The notes: generated by a model from the letters alone, not told the origin. A DNA stretch of 64,000 nucleotides from an uncultured Prochlorococcus sp. (GCA_902627335.1 CACOIV010000002.1:15895-79894); one strand, 5' to 3'; numbered from the stretch's first letter, positions 31,737-43,292 are shown. Made by a program: numbers and translations.

Positions 31737-31986
31737 GGTCTATTCTTACTGCAAACCACTTCACTGTATATCCTGGCTTTATCTCTAGTTCACATGTATT
31801 CTCCAGGAAATCTTCTATATTTCCGTCCTTTTCAAAGTCTACATTTTGATTTATTGTTGGAAAATCAACTTTAGGTAACCATTCTTTTAACCACTCAATT
31901 GCTTCTTTTTTAGTTACTATTTCTTCTTTTTTTTCAGGTTCCAATATTACAAAATGTTCTACATATCTTATAAGTGGATTTGACAT
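31729..31986 (-). CDS. chlororespiratory reduction protein 7 (CRR7)-like
   Basis: MSNPLIRYVEHFVILEP...CELEI...WFAVR; start placed at ATG 31986. Confidence 0.78.
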   Translation of the reverse strand: MSNPLIRYVEHFVILEPEKKEEIVTKKEAIEWLKEWLPKVDFPTINQNVDFEKDGNIEDFLENTCELEIKPGYTVKWFAVRIDPN

Positions 31987-32701
31987 GTTTAAAAAATTTT
32001 TAGCTTTTATTTTAGTTTTTACTATTGTAATAATAAATTGCAACAAAGTTAATGCACTAGTTGATGAAGATGTTAAACAATTTTTAGAGATAAGAGAAAG
32101 ATCATGGCCTGCTTGGAGTTTAACCAATTTAAAAAATTCAGATATCAAAAAAGATCTTATATACCCAAGTTGGTTTGAAGGTGATTGGGTCGTTTATTCT
32201 CAGGATCTCAATCCTTCATCTAAAGAGATAGTAAGATATTTAGTCCATTTTATAAAAAACGAATCAGGTCAAATCGTAGGTGATAGAGCAAATAATTCTG
32301 AGTCTATTGGAAAAGCAATTCTTGGCGACAAACTCAAAAAAGTTAAATCTGATCCAAATTCTTTTAATAATCAAATTGTCTATTTAAAAGATAATGAATT
32401 TATTGAGTCTAGGGTTACTGCTAGAAATCAAATTTTTGATGATGAATTATTTTTTTCCGATGAATTTTTCATTCAATCATTTCATAAATCTGGGGTTTCT
32501 AGATTAAATCAAGTCGAAACCATGAGTAAATTTTATAGGTGTGATAATGAAGAATTGCAATCATCACAGTTAATAAAACCTGAGATATGCGGTTTTCAAT
32601 ATCAGGCTACTTATGGTTCAAAAGTAGGCAGTACTAACTTAAGGGCAATATCTACTAATAAATATAAATTAAATTTTAGATTGCTTGAGAGTGAGCACTA
32701 A
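31985..32701 (+). CDS. DUF6816-like exported hypothetical protein
   Basis: signal peptide, WPAW, DLIYPSWFEGDW. Confidence 0.72.
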   Translation: MFKKFLAFILVFTIVIINCNKVNALVDEDVKQFLEIRERSWPAWSLTNLKNSDIKKDLIYPSWFEGDWVVYSQDLNPSSKEIVRYLVHFIKNESGQIVGDRANNSESIGKAILGDKLKKVKSDPNSFNNQIVYLKDNEFIESRVTARNQIFDDELFFSDEFFIQSFHKSGVSRLNQVETMSKFYRCDNEELQSSQLIKPEICGFQYQATYGSKVGSTNLRAISTNKYKLNFRLLESEH

Positions 32702-33407
32702 ATAAATCTTCTTCTAATCTATCTCTCCAATTAAAGAGATTTTCTAGATATGGATTATTGATATATTCTTGGCAACCCTCTCCCGTAAGAATTGGCCCTG
32801 AAGAAGTAGGGAATTTCAAAAGAGAAAGTTGAGCTGCTATTGAAATATCTGCTATGGTAAGGCTTTCTCCAATTATAAATTTCTTATTAATTAATGATTT
32901 TGATAATGATTCTAAAATCTTTTGTAATTCAATATTAGGTTTATTTGATAGAACAATATTTGATATTTTAGTTAAATTATTGAATGGCAATTTTTCAAAA
33001 ACACCCCTTATTGAGGAGGGTAATTCATTTGGAAGTAGAGCAGCTCTTAATTGTGGATTTTCAAGAGCCGATTTAATTAAGGCTTGCTTACAAACGGAAG
33101 CCATTGTTGTATCTGCCCAGTCTTCAATAATTTTTAATTGTGATAGATTAATTGGATCTGAGGGGAACAGAGAATTATTAGTGTTTTTTGTATCTAGATA
33201 CTCACAAATAGTTGAGGAATCACTAATTATTTGCCCATTTTCATCCATTATGACAGGTAATTGTTTTTGTCCAGATATTTTAAAAATTTCTATTTGTCCA
33301 ACTGCTGGTGATATTTCTTCGATTCTATATTGAAGGTTTTTGGCATGTAAAGCCATTCTGACTTTTAAACAAAAGGGACTATGTTTAAATTGATATAATG
33401 TAATCAT
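32676..33407 (-). CDS. glutathione S-transferase family protein
   Basis: SPFCLKVR, LPVI, DSSTI..YL, TIADIS. Confidence 0.9.
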   Translation of the reverse strand: MITLYQFKHSPFCLKVRMALHAKNLQYRIEEISPAVGQIEIFKISGQKQLPVIMDENGQIISDSSTICEYLDTKNTNNSLFPSDPINLSQLKIIEDWADTTMASVCKQALIKSALENPQLRAALLPNELPSSIRGVFEKLPFNNLTKISNIVLSNKPNIELQKILESLSKSLINKKFIIGESLTIADISIAAQLSLLKFPTSSGPILTGEGCQEYINNPYLENLFNWRDRLEEDLFSAHSQAI

Positions 33408-33460
33408 ATTAGTAAAGTTTTTAAAAACTTAGCTAAAAAAGTATACTATTTGTGGGGTTT

Positions 33461-33661
33461 ATGGGCGAATTCTTTTCTAATGTTGCAAGATACCCTAAAT
33501 ATTTAATTTCAATCATTGTTGGAGGGCTAGTTGCTTTATTAGGACCATTATTTAAAAATGTTGTAAATCCTTTTACGGCAATTGCTTTAGTATCTTCATT
33601 TATTAGTGCGATAATAACTTTTTTTTTCGTTCTAAAAGCAATGACAAATCCAGTTTTATAG
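33461..33661 (+). CDS. ycf33: DUF751 / Ycf33 family protein
   Basis: EFFSNVARYPKYLIS. Confidence 0.82.
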   Translation: MGEFFSNVARYPKYLISIIVGGLVALLGPLFKNVVNPFTAIALVSSFISAIITFFFVLKAMTNPVL

Positions 33662-33670
33662 TAATTACTA

Positions 33671-34039
33671 ATGAATAATAATCGCCGAATCGAAAAAGTA
33701 TCCTCTCTTTTAAAAAAAGAAGTAAGTTTAATATTAATTAATGATTTAAATGATAATTTAATTCTTGAAAACTTTGTTTCAGTAACGAAAATTGAATTAT
33801 CAGGAGATTTGCAACATTCCAAAGTATTTATCAGTACATCAGCTGAAGAAAAAATAAAAAAATTAATATTAGAAAATTTGAATTCCTCGAAGAATAAAAT
33901 AAGATTTTTACTTAGTCAAAGAGTTCAGATGAGGAGAATTCCAGATATTGCATTCAAGATAGATAGAGTTTTAGATCAAGGTCTAGCGGTTTTAAAAGTT
34001 CTTGATGAATTAAGAGAAAAGAATGGTAACAGTAAGTAA
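33671..34039 (+). CDS. rbfA: ribosome-binding factor A
   Basis: RRIEKVSSL, SGDLQHSKVF, MRRIPDI. Confidence 0.93.
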   Translation: MNNNRRIEKVSSLLKKEVSLILINDLNDNLILENFVSVTKIELSGDLQHSKVFISTSAEEKIKKLILENLNSSKNKIRFLLSQRVQMRRIPDIAFKIDRVLDQGLAVLKVLDELREKNGNSK

Positions 34040-34057
34040 CTTTAAAAAGATATAAGT

Positions 34058-34849
34058 ATGGTTTATTTACCATTAGATAAAAAAAATATTGTTATTACGC
34101 GTTCAAAAGACAAAATCTCTGACGTGAAGGATTTGTTTAGTAATCAAGGAGCAAAAATATTTGATTTGCCAGCTTTATTAATAGATTATCCTGATGATTT
34201 GAGACCTCTAGATAATAGTTTATTAGATATAAATAAATTTCAGTGGATTATTTTTACTAGTAGTAATGGAATAAATTATTTGGAAAAAAGATTGTTAGAT
34301 AAGGGACTATCATTAAGACAATATTCGGGCAAAATTAAATTTGCGGTAGTTGGAAATAAAACCTCAGAATCTTTAAACAATTTAGGAATTAAAGCAGATT
34401 TTATTCCACCAAATTTTGTAGCTGAAAGTTTATTGGAAAATTTCCCATTTTCGAAAACAAAGGAGAGAATTTTACTGCCGAGAGTTCAATCAGGAGGGAG
34501 AAATATCATTGCAGAAAAATTAAGAGAAATGGGGGCAATAGTTGATGAGGTCGCAACTTATGAATCAAAATGCCCAATGACAATGCCAATAGAGACAAAA
34601 AAGGCTTTTAAAGATGGGATAATAGATGCAATACTTTTTTCAAGCGGAAAAACTGTATTTAATTCGGCATTTTTATTAGAGAAATATTTAGGACATAAAT
34701 GGCTTTCAATTATCGAAAATATCCATCTATTTACAATTGGTCCTCAAACATCAATAGCATGTAATAAGGTTTTTAAGAGGGTCAGTAAGCAGGCAGAGAC
34801 TTATACTTTTGAAGGTTTATTAGAGGCAACTATTAATTATTTTAGTTAG
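34058..34849 (+). CDS. hemD: uroporphyrinogen-III synthase
   Basis: VITR, WIIFTSSNG, VGNKT, FSSGKT, IGPQT. Confidence 0.92.
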   Translation: MVYLPLDKKNIVITRSKDKISDVKDLFSNQGAKIFDLPALLIDYPDDLRPLDNSLLDINKFQWIIFTSSNGINYLEKRLLDKGLSLRQYSGKIKFAVVGNKTSESLNNLGIKADFIPPNFVAESLLENFPFSKTKERILLPRVQSGGRNIIAEKLREMGAIVDEVATYESKCPMTMPIETKKAFKDGIIDAILFSSGKTVFNSAFLLEKYLGHKWLSIIENIHLFTIGPQTSIACNKVFKRVSKQAETYTFEGLLEATINYFS

Positions 34850-35312
34850 CTTTTTCAGAACAATAATTATTTTCAACAAGACCTTTAAATCTATCAATGT
34901 TAGCTTGTAATTCATTTGTTACCATTTTTCCTAGGATGTTCTCTTCCATTAATCTTGCAATCATTCTTGGGAGCTCATAAGTAATGGATAAAGTAACTAA
35001 AGTTGAACTTTCATGATTTTTTTGAAATAATACGGAACCTCTTGTGGGTAAACCACCAACTGATTCCCATTTAAGTTTCTCTAAATCAATTCTTTCCGTA
35101 ATTTGAGCTTTCCATCTAAATTTAAAACCATTTGCTGCGAGTGTCCATTCTGTTAAATCAGGTAAAGTTGAGGTTTTTTGATCAATCGTTTTAACTGATT
35201 CAATCCAACTCATCCATAGTGGCATTGAATCTAAATCACTCCAGGTGTCCCAAACATTTTGAAGCGGAGCATTTACGGTGGTTACTACATCATGGTTCAG
35301 CCAGGTACCCAT
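34842..35312 (-). CDS. SRPBCC/polyketide cyclase family protein
   Basis: VWDTWSDL..MPLWM..I.SV. Confidence 0.87.
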   Translation of the reverse strand: MGTWLNHDVVTTVNAPLQNVWDTWSDLDSMPLWMSWIESVKTIDQKTSTLPDLTEWTLAANGFKFRWKAQITERIDLEKLKWESVGGLPTRGSVLFQKNHESSTLVTLSITYELPRMIARLMEENILGKMVTNELQANIDRFKGLVENNYCSEKAN

Positions 35313-35314
35313 AA

Positions 35315-36772
35315 TTAATTGACTGAAAGATTTTTTGCTAGATCAACTTTTTTGTCAAGCATTACTGAAGCCGCCAAATGTCCACTCATTGTTGCTCCTT
35401 CCATAGAATCTATGTAATCTTGTTTAGTATAACTCCCCGCAAGGTAGAAATTCTCTATAGAGGTTTTTTGATTGGGTCTGTAAGGTTCCATCCCTGGTGA
35501 TTCTCTATAAAGAGATTGTGGAATTTGAACAACATTACTCCAAAGGAGTTTTAGATTTTTAGATGAGGGGAAAAGGTTATGAACTTCTTTAACTATTTCT
35601 GCTGTGATTTTTTCTGTAGATCTTCCCATCCATTTGTCTCCTGGAGTTAATACGCATTGAAGGAGTGAGCCCATTCCTTCTTTTCTGTAGTCAACTGGAC
35701 TAGTTAATGCTAAATCTGCAAAACAACTAAACGAAGCATCAGCAGAATATAAAAGGTTATCTAATCCAGTAGGTTTTTCATTGTCTTTATTAAAATTCCT
35801 TAATTCAGTTACCCATCCATCATACCTTAATTGGATTGTCGCTACAGCAACTGCTCTGAGTTTTTTTAAGCCTGCAAATTCATTAAATCTATACCATTCT
35901 TGAGGAATTATCTTTTTTATTCCTGGAACATCGCATGCTGCTAAATATTTATCGGCATGAATGAATTTTTCTTCCTTAGAAGTTGAAACTTTTATTTTTT
36001 CTACTTTGTAAGAAGAGTTTGATTCGTCAAAAATAATTTCTTTAACTTTATGATTGAGATGTATTTTTGCTCCTTTTTTTATAATGTAATCAACTATCGG
36101 TTGAGTAAGCCATCTGTGAGGTGAACCTTTGAGTAAGTTTAATTTTGAAGCTTCTGTTTTAGCTGCAAACATCATGAAAATCGTTAGCATGCAACGAGCT
36201 GAAATATCCTCGCAATTAATAAATCCTAATGCATAAGCTATTGGATCCCACATTCTTTCTAAGCTTCTTAGGCTGCCCCCATGATTTAAGAACCATTGTT
36301 TAAAGCTAATCTTATCGAGATCTCGTATTATCACCATCGCACCCTCATAATCTATTAGGCCGCGAACGATAGGACTAGTTCCTAAAGCAAGTGCATTTCT
36401 AAACTTATCAATAATATTTAATTGTTCTGTTGTAAAAAAAGCTTTTAAACCGTTAAAAGGTGCTCCAATAGCAAATCTGAAATCTAATGATTTTAAATTT
36501 CCACCTTCGTTAATGAATAAATGAGTATGTTCTTTGGGCAGTAAGTTTTCAAATGCACCAACTTTTTTCATTAGTTTGAATAAATTTGCGTAATTATAAA
36601 AAAATACATGTAATCCCATTTCAATATGATTACCTTCCTTATCAACCCAACTGCCAACTTTACCTCCCCAAAATGGCCGACTTTCATAAATTTCAACTTC
36701 ATGACCATTATCTACAAGATCTACAGCAGCAGTTAAACCTGCTAATCCGGAACCAACTATTGCAATTTTCAC
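35315..36772 (-). CDS. crtQ: zeta-carotene desaturase
   Basis: [30 protein letters not shown]. Confidence 0.94.
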   Translation of the reverse strand: MKIAIVGSGLAGLTAAVDLVDNGHEVEIYESRPFWGGKVGSWVDKEGNHIEMGLHVFFYNYANLFKLMKKVGAFENLLPKEHTHLFINEGGNLKSLDFRFAIGAPFNGLKAFFTTEQLNIIDKFRNALALGTSPIVRGLIDYEGAMVIIRDLDKISFKQWFLNHGGSLRSLERMWDPIAYALGFINCEDISARCMLTIFMMFAAKTEASKLNLLKGSPHRWLTQPIVDYIIKKGAKIHLNHKVKEIIFDESNSSYKVEKIKVSTSKEEKFIHADKYLAACDVPGIKKIIPQEWYRFNEFAGLKKLRAVAVATIQLRYDGWVTELRNFNKDNEKPTGLDNLLYSADASFSCFADLALTSPVDYRKEGMGSLLQCVLTPGDKWMGRSTEKITAEIVKEVHNLFPSSKNLKLLWSNVVQIPQSLYRESPGMEPYRPNQKTSIENFYLAGSYTKQDYIDSMEGATMSGHLAASVMLDKKVDLAKNLSVN

Positions 36773-36875
36773 AATTTTTTTATTAAATATAACAAATCAA
36801 TTATAGATTTAGTATCTTATGTGCAATCTTCTAACGATTTTTTTTATAGTATTAGTAATAAGTTTAATTTTCAAT

Positions 36876-37268
36876 ATGAATGAAAAAGCAACTGAAGAAA
36901 AATTAAAAAATTCTGATGATGGCAAAGGTATTTTAATTACAAATAGTGCAATTCAGCAGATTTCTAACTTATTAAAAAACCAAACTGATAAAAATGCATT
37001 GAGGGTTGGAGTTAGATCCGGGGGTTGTAGTGGAATGAGTTATACCATGGATTTCATAACTAAGAATCAAATAAATTCTGACGATAAAATATATGATTAT
37101 TCATTAAGTGATGATCAATTTTTTCAGGTTGTTTGTGATCCTAAGAGTTTGCTATATATTTATGGGATGCAATTAGATTTCAGTAATGAATTGATAGGTG
37201 GGGGTTTTAATTTTACGAACCCAAATGCATCTCAAACTTGTGGATGCGGTAGCTCTTTCGCTGTGTAA
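36876..37268 (+). CDS. Fe-S cluster assembly accessory protein (HesB/IscA)
   Basis: GGCSGMSY, NPNASQTCGCGSSF; start placed at ATG 36876. Confidence 0.92.
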   Translation: MNEKATEEKLKNSDDGKGILITNSAIQQISNLLKNQTDKNALRVGVRSGGCSGMSYTMDFITKNQINSDDKIYDYSLSDDQFFQVVCDPKSLLYIYGMQLDFSNELIGGGFNFTNPNASQTCGCGSSFAV

Positions 37269-37280
37269 AAGTAAATAAAT

Positions 37281-37697
37281 ATGAGTGATATTGAAAATGA
37301 ATTTAATTCAGCTTTATCTAAATATAAAGCTGGAGAGGACATAAACAAAGTAGCGCTGGAATTTAAAGAGATTACAAATAAGATTCCAAATCATTTTGCT
37401 GCATGGACTTGTTTAGCATGGCTTCAACTGCTTCAAAAAAATAACGAAGATGCTTTATTTGCAGCAAAACAAGCTGTAAAACTAAATGGTCAAGATCCAC
37501 AGGCCAGAATGAATCTTGCTTTAGCCTTATTAGCTACTAATAATAAAGGTGTAAGAGATCATATAGATTTGATAAAAAGACTTGTTGTTTTTGCGCCTGA
37601 ATTAGAAGAAGATTTAAAAGAGTCAGTGAATGATGGTTTATCAAGATATTCTGATTGGAGTGAATTAAAAAAAATAAAGAAGTGGTTGGATTTTTAG
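37281..37697 (+). CDS. TPR repeat protein
   Basis: AAWTCLAWLQL...AVKLN..DPQARMNLA. Confidence 0.82.
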   Translation: MSDIENEFNSALSKYKAGEDINKVALEFKEITNKIPNHFAAWTCLAWLQLLQKNNEDALFAAKQAVKLNGQDPQARMNLALALLATNNKGVRDHIDLIKRLVVFAPELEEDLKESVNDGLSRYSDWSELKKIKKWLDF

Positions 37698-38903
37698 TTG
37701 TCTAGAATTTTAGTTATAAGTAATGGACATGGAGAAGACATTTCTGGGTGTTTATTAGCGAAAAGACTTATTGAACTAGGTAATCACGTTGATGCTTTGC
37801 CAATTGTTGGTCATGGGAATTCCTATTTAAGAGAGAATATAAGGATAATTGGTAAAACTCGATTATTCAATACAGGAGGTTTAGGATACAATTCATTTAA
37901 AGGAAGGTTAGATGATTTAGTAAATGGGCAAATTATTTATTTATTAAAAAAATTATTTTTAACTTACTCATTAAGAAAAAAATATGATTCCTTCTTAGTA
38001 GTTGGTGATATTGTTCCAATTCTTTTTGCATGGTTTTGCAGAAAAAAATACTTTCTTTATTTGGTTGCTTATTCAAGTCATTATGAAGGAAAGTTAGTAC
38101 TCCCTTGGCCATGTAAATTTTGCTTAAAATCAAATAGATTAAAAAAAATTTATTCACGGGATCAGTTAACAGCTGATGACTTGACGCATCAGTTAAAGAG
38201 GAAGGTCTATTTTTTCGGCAATCCATTCATGGATATCTTTGATCAATGTGAGAATAAGTCAGACAACTCTAAAACAATTTTTAACTTATTACCAGGAAGT
38301 CGTTTACCTGAAATTGAGAACAATTTTATTATTATGCTTGATTTATTAGAAAATCTATCTAACTATAAAATTTTTAATGATATTTCATTCGAATTTGCAT
38401 TGGTAGATTCTTTTTCTAAAAATAAAATTCAAAAAATTTTATCTCAGAGAAATTGGCAATTTCAATCAAATAATGAAGAAGTTACTATTATGATTTATAG
38501 TTTTAAATCAATTTATATAAGTTTAATTTGGAATTCTTTTGAAAGAACTTTAAGTAGAAGTGACGTCGTAATAAGTATGTCTGGTACTGCAGCTGAACAA
38601 GCTGTAGGCTTAGCTAAACCAGTAATTCAAATAGATGGATCTGGACCCCAATTTACAAGCTCTTTTGCTAACGCACAAAGAAGACTCTTAGGGGATTATG
38701 TGTTTTGTGCAACTAAATATAAAAATAGTGATGAAAAAATCCAGGAGACAATAGATATAATTTTTAGGGTAATGTATTTATTAAAACTAGATAAAAATTT
38801 TTTAATTTGTTGTAAAAAAATCGCTAAATCTAGACTAGGGAGTATTGGCGCTAGTTTACAAATTTCAAAAGATATTAATGATAATTTAATTAATGGAAAA
38901 TAA
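37698..38903 (+). CDS. lipid-A-disaccharide synthase-related protein
   Basis: ISNGHGED, GNPFMD, LLPGSR, GTAAEQAVG. Confidence 0.86.
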   Translation: MSRILVISNGHGEDISGCLLAKRLIELGNHVDALPIVGHGNSYLRENIRIIGKTRLFNTGGLGYNSFKGRLDDLVNGQIIYLLKKLFLTYSLRKKYDSFLVVGDIVPILFAWFCRKKYFLYLVAYSSHYEGKLVLPWPCKFCLKSNRLKKIYSRDQLTADDLTHQLKRKVYFFGNPFMDIFDQCENKSDNSKTIFNLLPGSRLPEIENNFIIMLDLLENLSNYKIFNDISFEFALVDSFSKNKIQKILSQRNWQFQSNNEEVTIMIYSFKSIYISLIWNSFERTLSRSDVVISMSGTAAEQAVGLAKPVIQIDGSGPQFTSSFANAQRRLLGDYVFCATKYKNSDEKIQETIDIIFRVMYLLKLDKNFLICCKKIAKSRLGSIGASLQISKDINDNLINGK

Positions 38904-39141
38904 TAAATTTAAAAGTTTTCTAGATCAAGTTTTATTAATTAATTTATTTCTTGTAATTATTTTTGCATTCTTTTTTATATTTTCAGTGATTATGGAGATA
39001 AACGGGTTTTCAATTTATCTCGACTTATTTAGGAGAATTTGGAATCCATTGATAATTCCTCTCATAACTTTATTAATATTAAGTTCTTTATGGAGTGGAA
39101 TTAATTCTTGGTTAAAGCAGAGAGGGCATTCTGAAGAGTAG
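38893..39141 (+). CDS. hypothetical membrane protein
   Basis: two TM segments, in operon. Confidence 0.7.
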   Translation: MENNKFKSFLDQVLLINLFLVIIFAFFFIFSVIMEINGFSIYLDLFRRIWNPLIIPLITLLILSSLWSGINSWLKQRGHSEE

Positions 39142-40033
39142 GATATTTGAATTTAAAAAAGTTATTTTTGAGTCTAATACTTATAACTCTTTGACCTTCT
39201 AAAACTAATTTAGCTCCGTCTCCTAACATTAATCTTAATGGAGCTCCAGGTACGGGAAGTAGATTTGGTCTTTTTAGACTAATAGCTAATTTAGAGGAGA
39301 ATTCTCTCATCTTTACAGGTTCTGGTGCTACTGCATTAAATATTCCATTATACTTTTTATCTTTAATAGCATTGATTATTAGTTCACATAAATCATCTCT
39401 ATGGATCCAGCTCATCCATTGATTTCCATTGCCAATTGGCCCGCCAAGTCCAAGTTTGAAAATAGGTATCATTTTACCTAAAGCACCTCCACCTTTGCCA
39501 AGGACAATTCCTATTCTAAAAATTACTAATCTTGTAAAAAATGGTTTTTTTAAAGCTTCTTGCTCCCAATTCTTGCATAATTTCGCAAGAAAATCTTCTC
39601 CATTGGTGCTCTCTTCTGTGAATTCATTACTGAGACTTGTCCCATAGTAGCCAATCGCAGAAGCATTAATAATAAATTTTGGATTAATCTTTAGAGACTT
39701 TAAGTTTTTCATAAGGTATTTTGTAGTATTAATTCGACTATCCTCAATTTCTTTTTTTTGACTATCAGTCCATCTTTTATCAGCAATTGGTTCACCAATT
39801 AAATTTATAATCCCATCACTATCTTTTAGTTTTTTAATAAGATTTTCGTTTGACCAATTTTTTTCATTTGTAGCATCTAATTTTAAAAAATTTATCATAC
39901 TTAAAGAATTCTTTATTTGTAGTTGATTAATATTTTTCCTACTTACTATACAAATTTCATGCTTTTCTTTTATTAATCTTGGGATTAATTCTTTTCCTAT
40001 AAATCCAGAACATCCAAATAGTAAAATTTTCAT
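39101..40033 (-). CDS. TIGR01777 family NAD-dependent epimerase/oxidoreductase
   Basis: GCSGFIG, SAIGYYG, GGPIGNGNQWMSWIH. Confidence 0.9.
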   Translation of the reverse strand: MKILLFGCSGFIGKELIPRLIKEKHEICIVSRKNINQLQIKNSLSMINFLKLDATNEKNWSNENLIKKLKDSDGIINLIGEPIADKRWTDSQKKEIEDSRINTTKYLMKNLKSLKINPKFIINASAIGYYGTSLSNEFTEESTNGEDFLAKLCKNWEQEALKKPFFTRLVIFRIGIVLGKGGGALGKMIPIFKLGLGGPIGNGNQWMSWIHRDDLCELIINAIKDKKYNGIFNAVAPEPVKMREFSSKLAISLKRPNLLPVPGAPLRLMLGDGAKLVLEGQRVISIRLKNNFFKFKYPTLQNALSALTKN

Positions 40034-40166
40034 ATTAGAAATTGATTACTTGTAAACCCTATAAAATTTTTTTAATTTTCGTTAAATTATCTGCAACAAT
40101 AATTTTTTATTAATTGGAAGGATTTATTATTGAAACTTATTAAATTAGTAAATAATAAACTTTTTT

Positions 40167-40412
40167 ATGACGGATTCAATACCAAAAAAACCACTCAAAA
40201 AAGGTAGTTTAGTTGTATTAGATAAGGAGAAATATATAAAAAGCCTTGAATCATTAGCAAGTGATACTGATTTACCAAATTATGTTTTTGAGGGACCAGG
40301 AGAGATTTTAGCCGTGAAAGAAGATTATGCTCAAGTACGATGGAGAAGACCTGTGCCTGATGTATGGTTTAAATTAGAACAGTTAAAAGAATATTCAGAA
40401 AATTCAATATAA
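40167..40412 (+). CDS. ndhO: NAD(P)H-quinone oxidoreductase subunit O
   Basis: LKKGSLV, SLESLASD, YVFEGPGE, PVPDVW. Confidence 0.9.
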   Translation: MTDSIPKKPLKKGSLVVLDKEKYIKSLESLASDTDLPNYVFEGPGEILAVKEDYAQVRWRRPVPDVWFKLEQLKEYSENSI

Positions 40413-40418
40413 ATTATT

Positions 40419-41099
40419 TTAAAAAGATATATTTTTTTTATTAATTGCCATCTTTGTTTGAATTCTTTTTGCTTCTTTCATCATTTCTTTTCCATCGAAT
40501 AAATAATTATCAACATATCCTTGAGTATATTTATCTAACTGATCTAAAGCATCTTCGACTTGCGAGTAGCAATGATATAAATCTAAACCTAATGAGGAAA
40601 TGGGGCTTGGAACGATTCTTGATTTATAGACTTCTGAAACTTTATTAATTTTTTTCTGACTTTCGCTGATATATTTGCAGAAGTTTTCCATTAATTCATC
40701 GTCATAAGGATCAGCTGAAAGTTTCTTAATCTCTTCATTTAAAGGTTTTATTACTTGGGTTATTAATCTATTAAGAGGTTGATAGGTGTTAATAATCCAG
40801 TTTTTTATATCATTATCTTTATTCGTAGAATAATTACTTTTGTTTTTTATTTCTAAAGACCAGTCTTCGCGTCTATTACTTTCAGTATTTTCTTGAAATA
40901 GTAAATTTTTGTCATACATTATTTTTTTTTGAGGATCACTTAATGTCTCCCATGCCAATTGAATTGCTAAAAACTTTTCATTACTACCCCCGGTATCAGG
41001 ATGATATTTTTTTGCTAATAATCTATATGCTGATTTAATCTCAGATTTTAAAGCATTTCTTGGGACACCCAATTCTTTATAATAATCTTTTGTATTCAT
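40419..41099 (-). CDS. DnaJ-domain protein
   Basis: DYYKELG...YHPD; start placed at ATG 41099. Confidence 0.88.
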   Translation of the reverse strand: MNTKDYYKELGVPRNALKSEIKSAYRLLAKKYHPDTGGSNEKFLAIQLAWETLSDPQKKIMYDKNLLFQENTESNRREDWSLEIKNKSNYSTNKDNDIKNWIINTYQPLNRLITQVIKPLNEEIKKLSADPYDDELMENFCKYISESQKKINKVSEVYKSRIVPSPISSLGLDLYHCYSQVEDALDQLDKYTQGYVDNYLFDGKEMMKEAKRIQTKMAINKKNISF

Positions 41100-41106
41100 T
41101 ATCAAT

Positions 41107-42075
41107 TTATAAATATCCATCCTCCCGAGATATTATGGAATTATTGTTATCAAACATTGCCGTTGATAAATATCTTTCACCAAAACTTGGCAAAATCACA
41201 ACGAGTCTTTTGCCTGATAGCTCCTTCCTCTTAGCAATTTTAATTGTTGCAGCTATAACCGCTCCACTACTAATACCTGACAATAGACCTTCTTTCTTGG
41301 CTAAAAGCCTTCCAAAATAAAAAGCCTCATCATCATCAATTGTTAATATCTCATCAATTAGTTCTTTTTTTAAAACCTTTGGAATAAATCCTGCCCCAAT
41401 TCCTTGTATTGAATGAGAACCAGGTTTGCATCCTGAAATTACAGCACTTTTTTTAGGCTCTACAGCATATATTTTACATTTAGGATTTACTTTTTTTAGA
41501 TAAGTTGCGCATCCAGTAACAGTCCCCCCTGTGCCGACACCTGTAACTAATCCATCAATTATATGGTTTGATTGCTCCCAAATTTCTTTTGCTGTAGTTT
41601 TTGAATGTATTTCTGGGTTGGCTGGATTTTCAAATTGATTGAACTGGAAACCATTTGGAATTTCATTAGCTAATTCATTCGCTAATTTAAGAGCTCCTCT
41701 CATTCCTTCACTGCCTGGAGTTAATTGTAATTCTGCCCCATAAGCCCTCAGCATAGCTCGTCTTTCAATGCTCATAGTATCAGGCATTGTTAGGATTAAT
41801 TTATACCCTTTTGCAGCAGCGACCATTGCTAGAGCAATTCCTGTATTACCACTAGTGGCTTCGATTAAAGTCGTTTTTTCTGGCGATATAGATCCATTTT
41901 CTTCTGCAGTAATTATCATTGAGTAAGCTATACGGTCTTTAACTGACGCTGACGGATTAAAGCTTTCTAATTTTGCTATTATCTCTGGATAGCAATTGAA
42001 TTGTTTTTTAATTCTATTTAATCTAACTAATGGCGTGTTACCAACTAAATTAGTAATATCGTTTGCTATTTCCAT
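41107..42075 (-). CDS. cysK: cysteine synthase A
   Basis: [34 protein letters not shown]. Confidence 0.96.
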   Translation of the reverse strand: MEIANDITNLVGNTPLVRLNRIKKQFNCYPEIIAKLESFNPSASVKDRIAYSMIITAEENGSISPEKTTLIEATSGNTGIALAMVAAAKGYKLILTMPDTMSIERRAMLRAYGAELQLTPGSEGMRGALKLANELANEIPNGFQFNQFENPANPEIHSKTTAKEIWEQSNHIIDGLVTGVGTGGTVTGCATYLKKVNPKCKIYAVEPKKSAVISGCKPGSHSIQGIGAGFIPKVLKKELIDEILTIDDDEAFYFGRLLAKKEGLLSGISSGAVIAATIKIAKRKELSGKRLVVILPSFGERYLSTAMFDNNNSIISREDGYL

Positions 42076-42224
42076 GCAATTAAATGGTTAAAAATATTAA
42101 ATAAACTTAATTTTATATTAATAATAATATTGATTTATCAATATTTTTATAAATTAATTTATTCAAAAAACATTACTTATCGCAAAAGTTTTTCTATAGT
42201 TAACTTATTATGAATTTTTAAATT

Positions 42225-42491
42225 ATGTACACATTAGAATTAAGTCTTCGATATTCCCCTTTCCCTATCTCTGTACAAAAAAAAGAATATGATGAAGTTT
42301 CCAAGATTTTTCAAGAAGTAAAGCATGCAATGATAAATAATAGTTCATCAACTTTGATTGAATTACAATGTGAAAAAATAAATAGCAAGTCACTTGCTGT
42401 ATTATCTAATGAAATAATTGCAGTTCAAATATATGAGAAATCAGCAATAGCAGGAGGTACAAAAAGACCTGGCTTTTCACTTGATAGGTAA
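42225..42491 (+). CDS. conserved cyanobacterial hypothetical protein
   Basis: PISVQKKE...RPGF. Confidence 0.75.
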   Translation: MYTLELSLRYSPFPISVQKKEYDEVSKIFQEVKHAMINNSSSTLIELQCEKINSKSLAVLSNEIIAVQIYEKSAIAGGTKRPGFSLDR

Positions 42492-43174
42492 TGATACAAA
42501 AATCAAATATAGATTTAAAAAAACAAGATAAATTAATTTTCGAGAATGTATATTTTTCATGGCCTGGGCAAGAAAAGCTTATAATTGAAAATTGTAATTT
42601 TTCGATAGGTGAGCCAGGATTATGGATGCTTTTGGGAAAGAATGGTTGTGGTAAGAGCACTATTTTAAAGTTAATTAAAGGAATTCTTCAGCCAACTAAT
42701 GGAAAAATTAAAAGGCCTGATAATTTATCAATGGTTTTTCAAAATCCAGATCATCAAATATTAATGCCTACTTGCGGCAGTGAATTAATCTTAAATATTA
42801 AGGAAAATATTAGTAAACAAGAAATTCATGAAAAAGTTAATAAAGTGCTTAAAGATGTTGGCCTTAAAGGATTTCTAAAAAGGCCTGTTCACACTCTAAG
42901 TGGAGGTCAAAAACAAAAACTTGCTATAGCATCTGCCTTAATAAGTAAAAGTAATTTTATTTTGATGGATGAGCCTACTGCTCTTTTAGATGAGTTTAGT
43001 CAAATGCAAATTATTGAAATAATAAAATCTTTGACAGATAAACCATACCAACCAATTACAGTTTTGTGGATAACACATCGATTAGAGGAATTAATATATG
43101 CTGATAAAGCTTCAAAAATGATAAATGGTAAATTTTCTGTATGGCAAAATCCTAATAATTTCAAAGAAAAATAA
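42491..43174 (+). CDS. ECF/CbiO-type ABC transporter ATP-binding protein
   Basis: GKNGCGKST, FQNPDHQ, LSGGQKQ, DEPT. Confidence 0.9.
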   Translation: MIQKSNIDLKKQDKLIFENVYFSWPGQEKLIIENCNFSIGEPGLWMLLGKNGCGKSTILKLIKGILQPTNGKIKRPDNLSMVFQNPDHQILMPTCGSELILNIKENISKQEIHEKVNKVLKDVGLKGFLKRPVHTLSGGQKQKLAIASALISKSNFILMDEPTALLDEFSQMQIIEIIKSLTDKPYQPITVLWITHRLEELIYADKASKMINGKFSVWQNPNNFKEK

Positions 43175-43220
43175 AAAACCCCTTGTCATTTGGTCGGTAA
43201 AAGAGTTAGGTTTTTATTAT

Positions 43221-43292
43221 TCCTCGGTAGCTCAGCGGTAGAGCGATCGGCTGTTAACCGATTGGTCGCAGGTTCGAATCCCGCCCGGGGAG
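43221..43292 (+). tRNA. trnN: tRNA-Asn (GTT)
   Basis: TCCTCGG/CCGGGGA acceptor stem, D arm GCTC..GAGC, anticodon loop CTGTTAA, T loop GGTTCGAATCC; CCA not encoded. Confidence 0.97.
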
